Positions 14,957 through 27,293 of a stretch of 64,000 nt of DNA are shown here, one piece after another. Positions within the stretch are counted from its first letter, which is position 1, and each line of letters begins with the position of its first letter. Under the pieces are notes generated by a model. The model had not been told where the DNA came from and ran no database searches. It worked only from the letters and a program-made list of their open reading frames with translations. A program made the position numbers and the translations under genes. Source of the DNA: Tubiluchus corallicola (taxonomy: Eukaryota; Animalia; Priapulida); assembly GCA_030141605.1 (NCBI GenBank), contig JAQGDQ010000039.1, positions 843,924 through 907,923 of the forward strand, in the 5' to 3' direction.

Positions 14957-17211
14957 GTAGGACTCTTAAAGATTCATCTGGTATAAATTGTGATAGGCTA
15001 ATTTGTGTGTCATTAGGACTAAAATTGTGCATTTGGTATGACCATCAATAAAAGTAATTTTTAATGCATTGGAAAACTTGCACCAAAGTCATCGATGTCG
15101 TCTAGGTGTTGCTACGTTCTAAAAACATGGCACCTGTAACAGTTGATGTCACGTATTGCTGTCCGCCGCCACTGTCCACGATGCATCATCCCTCAAATCT
15201 AGAGTTGTATTTTGCTAAATCTTTTTGCACCAAAGGATAGAGGACGAAAAACAACTAGACGGTAGGCAAGCGCCAGCAAATCAATTCACAATCAATCGAC
15301 AGAGGACAAAAATCGTGTGACAAGAATCAGACAGAAGATCCGCAAGCAGTAATCAAATATTTTACAAAATTTTAAAATAGAAATGTGAAAAGTTTAAAAA
15401 AAGCGTCAAATTGCCGCAAATTTTTTACTTATGGGACCGAGATGAGGTTGTGCCCTCATCCAGTATGTCTACCTTCTTTTTTGGGTGTGGGGTGAAGCAG
15501 AGGACTGCAAACAGATCTTTTTTGCACGTGGTCAAAAAGGTGTCCAATCGTTGAGGCGCTATCTTACCAGAGTTAGGCTTACTAAGTCTTCAAGTTTGTT
15601 TTGGCTAGAGTCTGTGCGCTAACAATTCAAGAGTACGTATTTGAATAGTCATCAAATTTTAGGTGTGATAAAGCGAATTAAACTTACATGGTTTTTATCG
15701 TTTTGGGACTGGGGTTCAAAATACGACGTTTTCAGCGTTCATCAGCGGAGCTTGCGAAGAGACAGCGCAGACAAGTTATACTGCGTAATAGTAATGGCAA
15801 TAGCGATAGCGATAAGCAATAGCAATAGCAACGATTGTGCATATTAATACGAGCAGAGGTGAGGAAAGACCAAACCGTCACCCAGTCAGTCAGTCACAAA
15901 CCACGTGAGTTTGCTCGACGTCAGATTTCACTCAAGGTCAAAATTTACAGTCTCTTGAGACCGCAAAAAATTGTCACAGTTAAAAAGGCCTAATACTCGT
16001 TAAGAGGGACATCTTAAGTGTTGATCAACTGCTATCCATTTCTTTTGCTGATTTTTAAGCTACAAACAAGAAGGTCTGCTTACAACCAAGGCTGAATTAT
16101 CCTTCTACAGGCTAGTATAGACTGAAGCCTTGGGCCCTCAAGCTTTGGTAACATTTGGTAAAAAATCTGTAATTCCACATACGGTTGTGCTGAAATATGT
16201 GGTAATTTGGTTCGCAATAACTAGTAAAATAGTGGTATTTTTTAAAGAATATTTTTATTGACAAACAAAAGATAACTATTTTAGTTTATTTAATGGAATT
16301 TGCTATAAGTTTACTTCAAGCTATGTAAATGTTGCTAACATATATCACGAGTAAAAGTATTTAAGGCGAATGCCGGCGAGTTAGAGGGTGGTTCCATCTG
16401 AGGGGAAGATAATTTCATTAGTCGAGGGCCCCAAAAAGGTCACAATCCGGCCCTGCATACAACTACTGCAGCAGAACATATTTCAAACAGATAAATAAGC
16501 TCAGCTTAAGAATTTGTGAAGATGTTTTTTCTAATGCGTCGTGTCTATGGGTGTCTGTCTAAATGCAATTGCAAGAAACAGCACAACACTGTTATTAAGT
16601 TTTTTTGAAAAACAAATAAATGATGGACGTTAACCTCTTTGGTGGTTCATATTGTCCGTTTCCCACTACGACACCATTTCTAATTATTCAATTATCAAAA
16701 TGGGTTTATCGCATGTTTGTTGTGTTTCTGATCACGCAAGCATGTATGCGCGTTGTGTTAGTGATTAATTACTTTGCCGAAAAACTCCTGTCTCCTAGCT
16801 GCCCTATAGTAAAAGCAGTTAATCACGTCGTAGCAACCGGTCTAATACATTTTGCTTAGATGATTATTTGTAGACGTGTAAATGGATATTTTCTTAACTA
16901 ACAGAAGCTAAAGTATACAAAGACACTGCAAAGCACAACGAGTCCCTAGATGAACGTTAACATTCAATCCTACACCTGAACCGAATAAAGAAAAAACTAC
17001 TTGACTTGTGTATAAAAATACTGGCTGTCCCTGAAGACACATTCACTCGGTCTACGCCTACTAAACGTAACAACCGTCTGCATTCGGGGCATAAAACACT
17101 ACAGGGTTTGCAAAGAAAAAACTCTGACAAATTATAAGCATACAAACATTTCGCTCCAAATAATTTTGACGCCAAATAAACAAAAAATAGTTAAAGAGGA
17201 CTAAATAAAAG

Positions 17212-17413
17212 AAATCACTGGTTATAAAGCCAATTGGTCACCAGCGGTTATAACGTGTCATCAGATTTTGCGGCTTAATTGGACCCTTCACATGACATAT
17301 CAGCAGCTAATATGTTAGTTAGGTTGTTGGGACCATGTGGAGGGTCCAGTTAAGCCACAAAACCCGATGAAGCATGGTAACTGCTACGATCGCTTGTCTT
17401 TATGCAGTGATTT
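17212..17413. repeat. About 200-bp imperfect palindrome (hairpin MITE-like)
   Basis: AAATCACTG...CATCAGATTTTGCGGCTTAATTGGACCCTTCACATG pairs with CATGTGGAGGGTCCAGTTAAGCCACAAAACCCGATG...CAGTGATTT. Confidence 0.85.
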
Positions 17414-19469
17414 ATTTGAATACAAGTAAATAATTATGGAAAGCTTACATTAAATGTTATGAGCTATGGACACTAATTTCTGTAACTTAGAATTAACAAT
17501 TAACATAACAGTCGTAAAACTGTGCAAAAAAGCCCTCCAAAAACCAGCGAATATCTCAGAACACGTTCAAGATACAAATATAAAATAAAGGTGGTTGTGA
17601 GTACGTGAGGTAATTTGTGAGCTCTCATGCAGACGCTGCTTTTTCCATGATTTCCGTAATTATTTATTTTCCTTTGCTCAGATTTGAAATTGGATTTCAA
17701 ACATTTAATAAATGCAGATTTTTCCATCCATTTCCCATTCTGGAGTGTAACTTTTGAAAAGTGCGAACCTTTTGAACATTATTCAGGCCTACGTATATGC
17801 AGAACAGATTTAAGGGCCAGTATACATAGATATAAGAGCCAGAATTCCTTGATTAGTCACCGTTATTTATTGTGCCTTCGGCATCGGTTCTCTCAGCATC
17901 TATGATTTTCTCAACAATAGATTTTTTTCTGAATTTTTCTTGTTTTTATTTTATATATATTGTCGAAATATATTCTTGCCTTTTAAATATTATAAAAAAA
18001 ACACCTGCATCAACCGACACATGTCTGTAATTTGACAGATTTGTCCAAATAGTATAGTGTGTCTTCAAATCTTTGTAATTTACTGCTGCGGGTGTGCGAG
18101 TTTTTGCTGAAAAAAATGTAGGCCTAACATTGAATTGCTCCTGTTAACTCTAATTAACATGGACTATAGAAATAGGTTCTTATGTAATATTTAATGTATA
18201 CTTGTATGTTATTGGCATACGTTTAATTTACTCCGCGTAATAACTACTTGAAGCAAATGAATGTGTACAATTTATACCATTTATTAACTTGACTAATTAT
18301 TACTTTTTTGGAAGCCTGATATATTGTTCACTCAAGTAAAAATCCAAAGTTAGAATTACTTGATTTAGATGCTAACTAGTTTATAGCATAGTACGACATA
18401 GCTTAGTTATAACTAGCTTATACTTTTTGGTACACGTATCTTAGCTGACTCCCGCATCTGCTAGCTACAATATCGCCTGTTAACTGACATGTATCATCGT
18501 TCCTTGGTGTTCACTCAATGTTAGATGGCTATGGCCAGTATATTGTATGCAGGGGGGTGATATGTACACTTAAACCAGGAGTAGCTGTTGGCCTACAAAA
18601 CAGTTTTTTACATCAAAGTATTACTGAAACAATAGGAAATCTATCGTGTCCTCAAAGTTTAGAGTGGAAGCCCCGCGCTTCTCACACAGCCTACAATCTT
18701 GATGGAATGATTGGAACAGTGACCTGAAAACTCTGGGATTAATTTTTTCAATCAAATTGAACGGCCTGGAAAGTCGCAAGATCTCGAACTCTCCAGACAT
18801 ACTGGAGCGATCCTGAAAGGTAAGAGGGACACTAAGATGATAAAAAACTTGACATTCGTTAGTACTGATCAGACAAGTGTATGAGATATTTCCAAGATGT
18901 GCTGAATGACCTTGAGTTTGTTCTTCCAGTCACTCAGTTATACTCTTCAAGATTGCAGACTGTAGGAGACGTGTGAGGCTTCCACTCAAAGTAAACGGCG
19001 TGACAGATCCTTTTTGTTTTAGCAAATATTTTAATGTGATCAATTATTCTATACTATTTTGTCTTGTTTTTGTAGACCCCAGTAAAAGATTTTGCACCAT
19101 AGTGCATTATGTGATCCCCTGGTATTGGGGACAAGTAAAAATTTTCAGAATTTAATGAAGTCTCCAACCGTACAGTTAATTTAACAGCACTTGTATTTTC
19201 GATAATAGAATATTTTATTTTGTTTAAAGCTTTAACATTTAATTGATAATTGTTAAATGCAAGTTTTTTCAATTTTACCCTCATCTGCTAACATTATTAG
19301 AATTTTCCTTACAGTCAAAAGTAAAAAATTTTCAAGGTCCAGCAGCTCTAGCCCTGTCCGTTTGTTAAGCTTTGCCTAAATTTTGCTTCTGCTAAAAAAC
19401 AAAGGATTTGATGTTGTTTATTATATACAAGTAGTAACAGCTTTACTCCCGCGCTAATGTGTTTGTTAT

Positions 19470-19895
<426 letters not shown>

Positions 19896-20596
19896 TATTT
19901 ATATTTGTTTATATCCACGAAAATCAGACCACAAGCGTTAGGTAATTGTTCTTATGGAGAAGGGTTACTGGTAGTGATGAATCGTGTTTTCCCTACAGAT
20001 CACATCGCTGAAAAAGTTTGAGTTTTGATGGAAACTCTGCATGTACTCCAGCTAGTACGATTTGCAAGTAATAAACTTTGCTAACTGCGTAGGGAATAAT
20101 GGGAGCAACGAAGATGACGCAGCTTAGCATAAATGACAGTTCTTTCATTTCCTTCCTTTTGAGATTTCTGATGGACATCTGCTGTCCCGTTACTCCAAGT
20201 TAGCTTAAAGGTTTAGTTTGTAAATAATTACTCTTCTAGAAGATTTACATGTTTCCCCAGTGTATATACTTAACATTATAAGACCGTGTTTACGTGCTGG
20301 CAGGCACCTATGTAAAGGACTTCAACGTCATTGAGTAGGAAGCTGTTTTTATTCAGGTGCAGTGCGCATGAGTAAACGTCATTTCTACCTGGAATCACAA
20401 ACTACCTGGAAGCAAAAACATTGAAATAGACTTGAAAATTTTAGCATGTGGGCCGAGCCTAAGAGCAAAAGATGATCCCACGCAATGTTCTAGCTAGAAT
20501 TGTTTGGGATTGAACATTTGGTTTCAGAAAATTGCATTAGGCTTATACAACAGAACACGTTGCTACAAGTCTTCTTATCTGCTCTGGAAAGCTATA

Positions 20597-21397
20597 AAGC
20601 CTCGTTTCCACTGCGTCCGCACAGACACAGACTTTTCTGTCCGCACGTTTTACGTCCGCAAAAGTTGTTTCCATTGGGACCGCACTCATTCCGTAAGCCT
20701 TAAAATTATCTACTGTAGCTTTTCTCCTTATTACTAATATGTTGCAGTTGATTATGATTTTGCACGTCCGTATGTTGCAATTTTTACAGCGTGTTTTCTA
20801 AGGGAATTTAAATAGTCTAGTTGAATTCACTTCAAATAAAAAGTGGCTTTTATTATAAAATTAACAGTGTTTTGAAGCTTATTATTTTCTCCCTGTAACA
20901 GCGCAACAGAGCAATGCAATTTTCAGCGCAAAGTCGAAATATTGTGGCAATAGAGAGCATAAATGCATGTATATACTACAAATTTAAAAAATGCATGCAC
21001 CATAGCATCGCAAAATCAAGCCTAAATTTTTTGAAACGTTAATTTAATAACAAAACTACATACATTCTACCTTCAGTATTAAGCTGAAAGGCAACTTCGG
21101 CCCGCAGCTGTCTTGTAAAATCTCTGTAGCTGTATTTGGGATTACTTTTGTCATACAAAGCAGGTCTGATCGCCACAGCGTGTACGATCTGTTTGTCCTC
21201 CATTATAAAAATGAGCTTGTCCGTCCGCACAAAAAAGGTTGAACAAGTGCGGATCCGGGCGTATACGTGGCTTTCGGTGCGGAAACGACAGACACGTAAA
21301 ACAGTGGTATTCAAAGGCGGGCCCATGTATGAATTTTTTTCGTGTGAGTCATACAGAAAAAGTCTGTGTCTGTGCGGGCGCAGTGGAAACGCTGCTT
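20597..21397 (-). mobile_element. PIF/Harbinger-type non-autonomous DNA transposon with a MADF (Myb/SANT-like) exon remnant at 21203-21071
   Basis: About 45-bp TIRs (AAGCCTCGTTTCCACTGCGTCCGCACAGACACAGACTTTTCTGT / inverse), TA flanks. MEDKQIVHAVAIRPALYDKSNPKYSYRDFTRQLRAEVAFQLN resembles a MADF domain and is followed by a GT donor. Confidence 0.85.
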
Positions 21398-21872
21398 TAC
21401 TTGTCCTCAATGTCAGGGTGGTACAAAATCTTTTTTACTGGGGGCTACAAAAACAAGATAAAATAGCACAGAATAATCGATGAAACAATAAAGAATCTAC
21501 CACGCCTTCGCGAGATTTTTGTGTACCATGCGTTGCTACAAGTGGGAAATGACATTAGAGGTGTTATTATGATCAGAAGCCCCGCAGCTTTCACGCACTA
21601 CGGAAATGTTATGCATTATCAATCCTATCCTTACTATACCGATCTTCGCTATTATTGTATTTCCTGACAACCCTTACGTACGTCTGAAAACGTGGGCGTA
21701 ACTTTATCGGAATTGGCGCACGGAAGAAACCTCTGAACCTGTCTTGACGATACCTGGGCACGAGATACTTATATATTGAGGGAACATTCAAAAAGGTACC
21801 GTACTGACAAAAATAATAAGATGTTATATTGACTTGACTTGAGGGACCGAGATGGGTTGTTACTTTGGGGTA

Positions 21873-22117
<245 letters not shown>

Positions 22118-23415
22118 ACCATCAAGCAAATATTATCGGAAGGTTATAAATTTTGTAGGTGCCAGTAATAGCAATGTAATGAAAATATTATAGTAATAGC
22201 AAAAATAGTGATTTAGTTGTAAGCTATAAAATTTTTGTTTAAATTTATGCGTCTTTGTATTTTTCGTGCATTGAATTAATACCTCAAACAAAAGAACAGG
22301 GTGCTGTTCCATTAGCTAATAATTAGCATTTCGTGTTTCCCTGTGCACAAGCACAGCCAACATAGGCTTAGGCTTGGCTAAATGAATACGGTTAATTTCT
22401 TCCACGACTTGATTAGAACTAATATAAATGGTAAATAAAATTATGAAAACCACTGTTAGCGAAAAGCTAAAAGCTGTTTTCAGCTTTATTCATAAAGGAC
22501 ATTTTAAAGGTCAGTTACATTTACTGTAACTTCGGTGCAAGAAGTGCAAACTTGACATATGGTCGCGTCGGGAGACTCTCCCTTGCAAGATAATGCAAAT
22601 ATTTTCTTGGGGAATATTGCAAAAAGTGCGCAAAGCGTATAAAAACAAGCACCTAGTCATAAATGAATCGAATTGAGCGAGTCATTTAGACTAAAATAAA
22701 CGAAATTTCGCACGATAATCACGTAGCAACGTACACTTACTCCCCCGCCAGCGTTTATGTTTTATTATCAATATTCATAAAGGTCAGGTGGCTTTGGCTC
22801 TTTTTAATATCAAAAACAATTACCACCAACGATTAGCAAGCAATATGTGTGTTGATAGTCTATTTACAGTAAAGCCATAAAATACAAATAACAGGCTCTT
22901 AATTCTAGCCTTTGTTTATACATTAATTGGACTATTTTTTCTCGTTTTTTCAGCGTGACGTCATTTTAAATCGAATTGAATTATTGTTCAAGTTCATATA
23001 TGGAAATACGGCATATATGGAAATTTACATCTGTTTTGCGGTAAGTATCCTAACTTTTGCCTAAACAAGCTAGTTGGCTTTATATACATGCCCGTTAAAA
23101 TATTAGAACTACAATATATGTAATATAATTTATTATTATTATCTATGTAAAATGACGCAAAGTAATAACGTTTTGCGTCATTTTATAAAATGAGTTTTCA
23201 TATTATAATCACGAGCAAATTACACCTAGACAATGACATTAAAACTTCATGTTTTTAGCTGCATGAGCATTAACTCTTTTATGATCTGGAAAAAGTTTAT
23301 ATTATGCTTTCTAAAAAGTGATTGTTATCCTGGTTTTTGAAACAAATAGTATTGTTCTCAAAATAAGCTTCTCCTACACCCTTGGGCCTTGCATACTATT
23401 AACTATAACACTGTT

Positions 23416-23595
23416 TATGTTGTATTGTATTGTATTGTATTGTGTTGTGTTGTGTTGTGCTGTGCTGTGCTGTACTGTACTGTACTGTACTGTACTGTAC
23501 TGTACTGTACTGTACTGTACTGTATTGTATTGTATTGCATTGCATCGCATCGTATCGCATCGCATGCATTGCGTTGTGTCGTATTGTATTGTGTT
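23416..23595. repeat. Pentamer microsatellite series TGTAT/TGTGT/TGTGC/TGTAC/TGCAT
   Basis: Direct reading. Confidence 0.95.
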
Positions 23596-23704
23596 ATATG
23601 GTTATGACAAGGAGGGTCGTTTTAATTACTCTTATGATTTTTTAGGTTATATCATTTTACATGACATGCTTACTAAGAGAAACATTTAGTTTTTCCATCT
23701 ACAG

Positions 23705-25857
23705 AGGAAACCATGAAAGGTGAGTAATTAATTATTGTAATCTTGTTGTGAAGATTATTATTAACGATGATTAAAACCGTTGCCTAATCTACGTGCACAA
23801 GCGCTTTTTCATTGAAAAGCCTGCTCGTCTATTGCCCAAACGTTCACTACCAAAATGTCCTACTTCCCAAGCATCCACTGCCCAAGTGTCCACTACCCAA
23901 ATGTCCACTTTCCAAATTTCCACTGCTAAAATGTCCACTGCCCAAATGTCCACTGCCGAATGTCCACTACAAAAAATTCCACCTGTTCAAGTGTGTCTAC
24001 GCTAATTTCAGCAGATGTGATAGAACATATCATGCAGCAGCAAACTATTAGACCGCACAAGTTTATCATAAACCATACAAAATGTAGCTACCTATGTGCA
24101 TAAGTGCTCTTTCATTGAAAAATCTTTTTGTAATCAATGCATTGACTACATTGTTTATCACGGATCATGCATTGACTCACCAATAAAAATGAAGTAAAAA
24201 CTCACAATTAATTAGTTTTTGATACCAAACTTGAAAGACAGGAAATGTGAAGAAGTTGGTAATACCGAATTTGGTTGCCAGCTATAAGGGATGAACTTTG
24301 GATTGCCTTAATCACTGGTGGATACTGTGGTTTAGTGGTCTAAGGCGTCTGCCTTGTAAGCAGAAGATCTCTGGTTAGAATCCATACTGTATTATAACTT
24401 TCCCGTTTCTTGTCTTTCGAGTTTTGTATCAACTTTTAATTAATAGTAATAATGAATTATCCGCTTTTACTTTATTTTTATTAGTGAGTCTATGCATGTC
24501 CTTGATCTACATAAATAGGTACTTATTACAACAGTTATTGGTTCTTAAATGAAAGAGCGTTTATGCACATTAGGCGACGGTAGCCATACTTTGTGGGTTT
24601 TGTGTTAAACCTAAACCGTGTGCAGTCTAATAGTTTGCTGCTGCACGACTTGTTCTACCGCATCTGCTGCAATGGGCAGTGGACACACGGACAGGTGGAA
24701 ATCCAGTAGTGGACACTCGGGCAGTGGATATTTGGAAACTGGCCATTTGGGTAGTGGACACTAGGGCAGTGGATGCTTGAGCAGTAGGACATTTTGGATG
24801 TGAACACTTGGACAATGGCCAAATTGGGCAGTGGACGCTTAGTTATGTACTTTAGGTAGCAAAACATGTAGGCATTATGTCTACTTATTCATCCATCATT
24901 CTGACCTTTCATCTGCCAGCCACTCTCTTCGTATATTTGTCTGTCTGCCTCTATGTCTGTATGCCTATAATATATTTGTCTATTTATCTGTCTACCTATA
25001 TACGTCTATCTTGTTTACTGCTGCTTGTCTACCTGCCTGCTTGCCAACTACTTATTTGTCTGCCAACTCATCTATTTACCACACAATTAGTTGCCAGTCT
25101 AGTTTTCTGTCCATCTGCACTTCCTGACACGTTTATATGGAGCTTTTTAACTGTGTATTTTTTAGTTGCCTGCCTGTCTGTCTGTCTGGCCGCCTACCTA
25201 CCTACCTACTTGACTACCTACTTACCTACACTAACCTAACTATCTACCTAACTAGCTACTTACCTACCTACATAATCTGGCGGTGGTCATAAGCGCCTAT
25301 TAATCTGTCTTTGAAATAAGATGTTTTGGCGTTCGTTTTCACAATTTCCACTTCAAAAATTGATTAAATACCTCATGATATCGTGTTCATATCCAAACTT
25401 TGCTCCAACTTTTTCATATTTCATGTATAAAGCCATTTTAATTGTAGATTAACAGCGCATCGCTTCGGATGCTGTTTTTACGATGCTAGTGTCACTGTTG
25501 TGACTTTTTTGCAGGATACTACAAGAACGGGACAAATCAATAGACCTGGAGTGCTGTCCCTCGTTGACTAACATTATAGAACCTTATGGAGGCATCTCTA
25601 GAGAGGAACACTTACTGGAGTTGTATCGGGATGTCAACTCTACGCAAAGATTCTATCAGACGTCATGCCGTCCCGAAGTAAAGAATAAGCCGTGTCATTT
25701 CGTCACTCACAGTTTACGCCCATTGTCCAGATGCAAGCAGTTGTATTCATATCAATACGCCATCGTCCGCGATTACCTAGTCAATGAACCGTTTCGAGTG
25801 GACTATATTCGAGTTAAATCAGGGTGTACATGTCAAATAACAAACGATTTGTTTTAA
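23705..25857 (+). CDS. Spaetzle/neurotrophin-like cystine-knot secreted protein; terminal exon 25515-25857 plus candidate microexon 23705-23719
   Basis: TTTTTTGCAG acceptor, then ILQERDKSIDLECCPSLTNIIEPYGG...ELYRDVNSTQRFYQTSCRPEVKNKPCHFV...SRCKQLYSYQYAIV...VDYIRVKSGCTCQITNDLF*. Seven Cys, with the C.Q.YS and SGCxC motifs of Spaetzle-family cystine knots. AATAAA at about 26104. Confidence 0.85.
23826..24840. repeat. About 1-kb inverted repeat: two divergently oriented copies of one repeat with 15-bp tandem arrays (CCACTGCCCAAATGT) at the outer ends
   Basis: Arm about 23826-24260 is the reverse complement of about 24395-24840 (e.g. GCAGCAGCAAACTATTAGAC / GTCTAATAGTTTGCTGCTGC; GAAAGACAGGAAA / TTTCTTGTCTTTC). 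Confidence 0.9.
24321..24393 (+). mobile_element. tRNA-like SINE head (anticodon arm TCTGC-CTTGTAA-GCAGA, Thr-TGT-like); not a functional tRNA
   Basis: A-box TGGTTTAGTGG and degenerate B-box GGTTAGAATCC; acceptor and T stems mismatched. A homologous copy with the same downstream body lies at 58291-58363 (-). Confidence 0.75.
24900..25272. repeat. Degenerate tetramer tract (CCTA/CTGT/CCTG)
   Basis: Direct reading. Confidence 0.8.
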
Positions 25858-26742
25858 AGTCAAATGAAGGCAGTCCCTCACAAAAGTAAGATGTTTTTAA
25901 AATATCTTTACTTTATTTAACTTTACAGCAATTATTGAACTGTTTACATATTTATGATGCGAAGATGTATATGAAACAACTTCAGGCGGAACCTTCTTTG
26001 TTTTCTCAGTACTATTGCAGTAATCAGTAATAGATTTTTTGGGTCTACATGGCTATGTCGTAATCAGTTTGGCATGGTATACTGTTCAAAGTTGCCATCT
26101 ATCAATAAAGTAGAGGAGGCCCCATACTGTGTTAGTGCCCTTTTAATGTAAGTGCTCACTCGATATTCGCATATTATAATTATGTTTCCATGTTTTCACA
26201 TTTTAACAAAAAAAAGGACATACTGTATTTTCACGAATCTTTCTTTTACAAATGTAAATCCCATTACGCCGTATAAGCAAAGAATGAGTGGAGCTGTATC
26301 AGGTGAAGCTCTGTAAAGATCTTTCAAAATTCGGTGAAATTGTGCATGAAGATTTGAGCAGCTGAGCAAAGACGTAGGCAGCGTGAGAAGACATGTTATG
26401 TGAGGATGTGCTGAGTTTGTGAGGATTTGTTGAAGTCGCGGGAATTTGTTAAAAGACAGGTGGAACTTTGTGAAGTATGTAAGACGCGCGGGAGAATTGT
26501 GTGCAGGTACCTAAATTGTGGAAGTAAGTGAAGATTTGCAAAAGTGACTTTTTACTAGCTACTGCACTTGATTCACACACCTCCACCTCCTGCAAACACG
26601 TTCAGCATTGGCGCTAGACTGTACATAGAGACTGAAACTTTGTGATACATCCTAGTATTAACATGTCTAGACCTAAGTAATTTTAATCTTAAAAGAACTG
26701 TACAAATCACAGGCATACTTCGAGCGTCAATTTAAACTACAC

Positions 26743-27293
26743 TTTTTCGTTTTTCTTTTCTTTTCTTTTCTTTTCTTTTGTTTTTTCTTTTCTTTTCTTT
26801 TCTTTTCCTTTCCTTTCCTTTCCTTTCCTTTCCTTTCCTTTCCTTTCCTTTCCTTTCCTTTCCTCCTCTCCTCTCCTCTCCTCTCCTCTCCTCTCCTCTC
26901 CTCTCCTCTCCTCTCCTCTCCTCTCCTCTCCTCTCCTCTCCTCTCCCCTCTCCTCTCCTCTCCTCTCCTCTTCTCTTCTCTTCTCTTCTCTTCTCTTCTC
27001 TTCTCTCCTCCTCTTTTCTCTTCTCTTCGCTGCTCTTCACTTCTCTTTTTTCTTTCCTTTCCTTTTCCTTGCCTCTCCTTTTCCTTGCCTCTCATTTGTT
27101 TTCTTTCCCTTTTCTTCTTCTTTCTTCTTTTTTCCTTTCATTTTCTTTTCCTTTCCTTTCCTTTCCCTATTTTAGCTTTCCTTTCTTTCCCTTTTTTCTT
27201 TCGTCTTTTTTCCTTTCATTTTCTTTTCTTTTCCTTTCCTTTCCTTTCCTTTCCTTTCCCTATTTTAACTTTCTTTTCTTTTCCTTTTTTTTC
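26743..27293. repeat. Polypyrimidine pentamer microsatellite (TTTTC/TTTCC/TCTCC/TCTTC)
   Basis: Direct reading; source of the spurious ERRGE/FLSFP ORFs. Confidence 0.98.

Noticed and set aside
16906-17070. Possible additional exon of the Spaetzle-like gene after CTAACAG
   Set aside because: All three frames hit stops early and there is no convincing donor.
23045-23054. U12-type donor GTATCCTAAC
   Set aside because: Deviates from GTATCCTT and overlaps a perfect U2 donor (GTAAGT at 23041).
24321-24393. Functional tRNA-Thr(TGT) gene
   Set aside because: Mismatched acceptor/T stems, mutated B-box, and a homologous copy with a different anticodon loop and shared flank indicate a SINE head.
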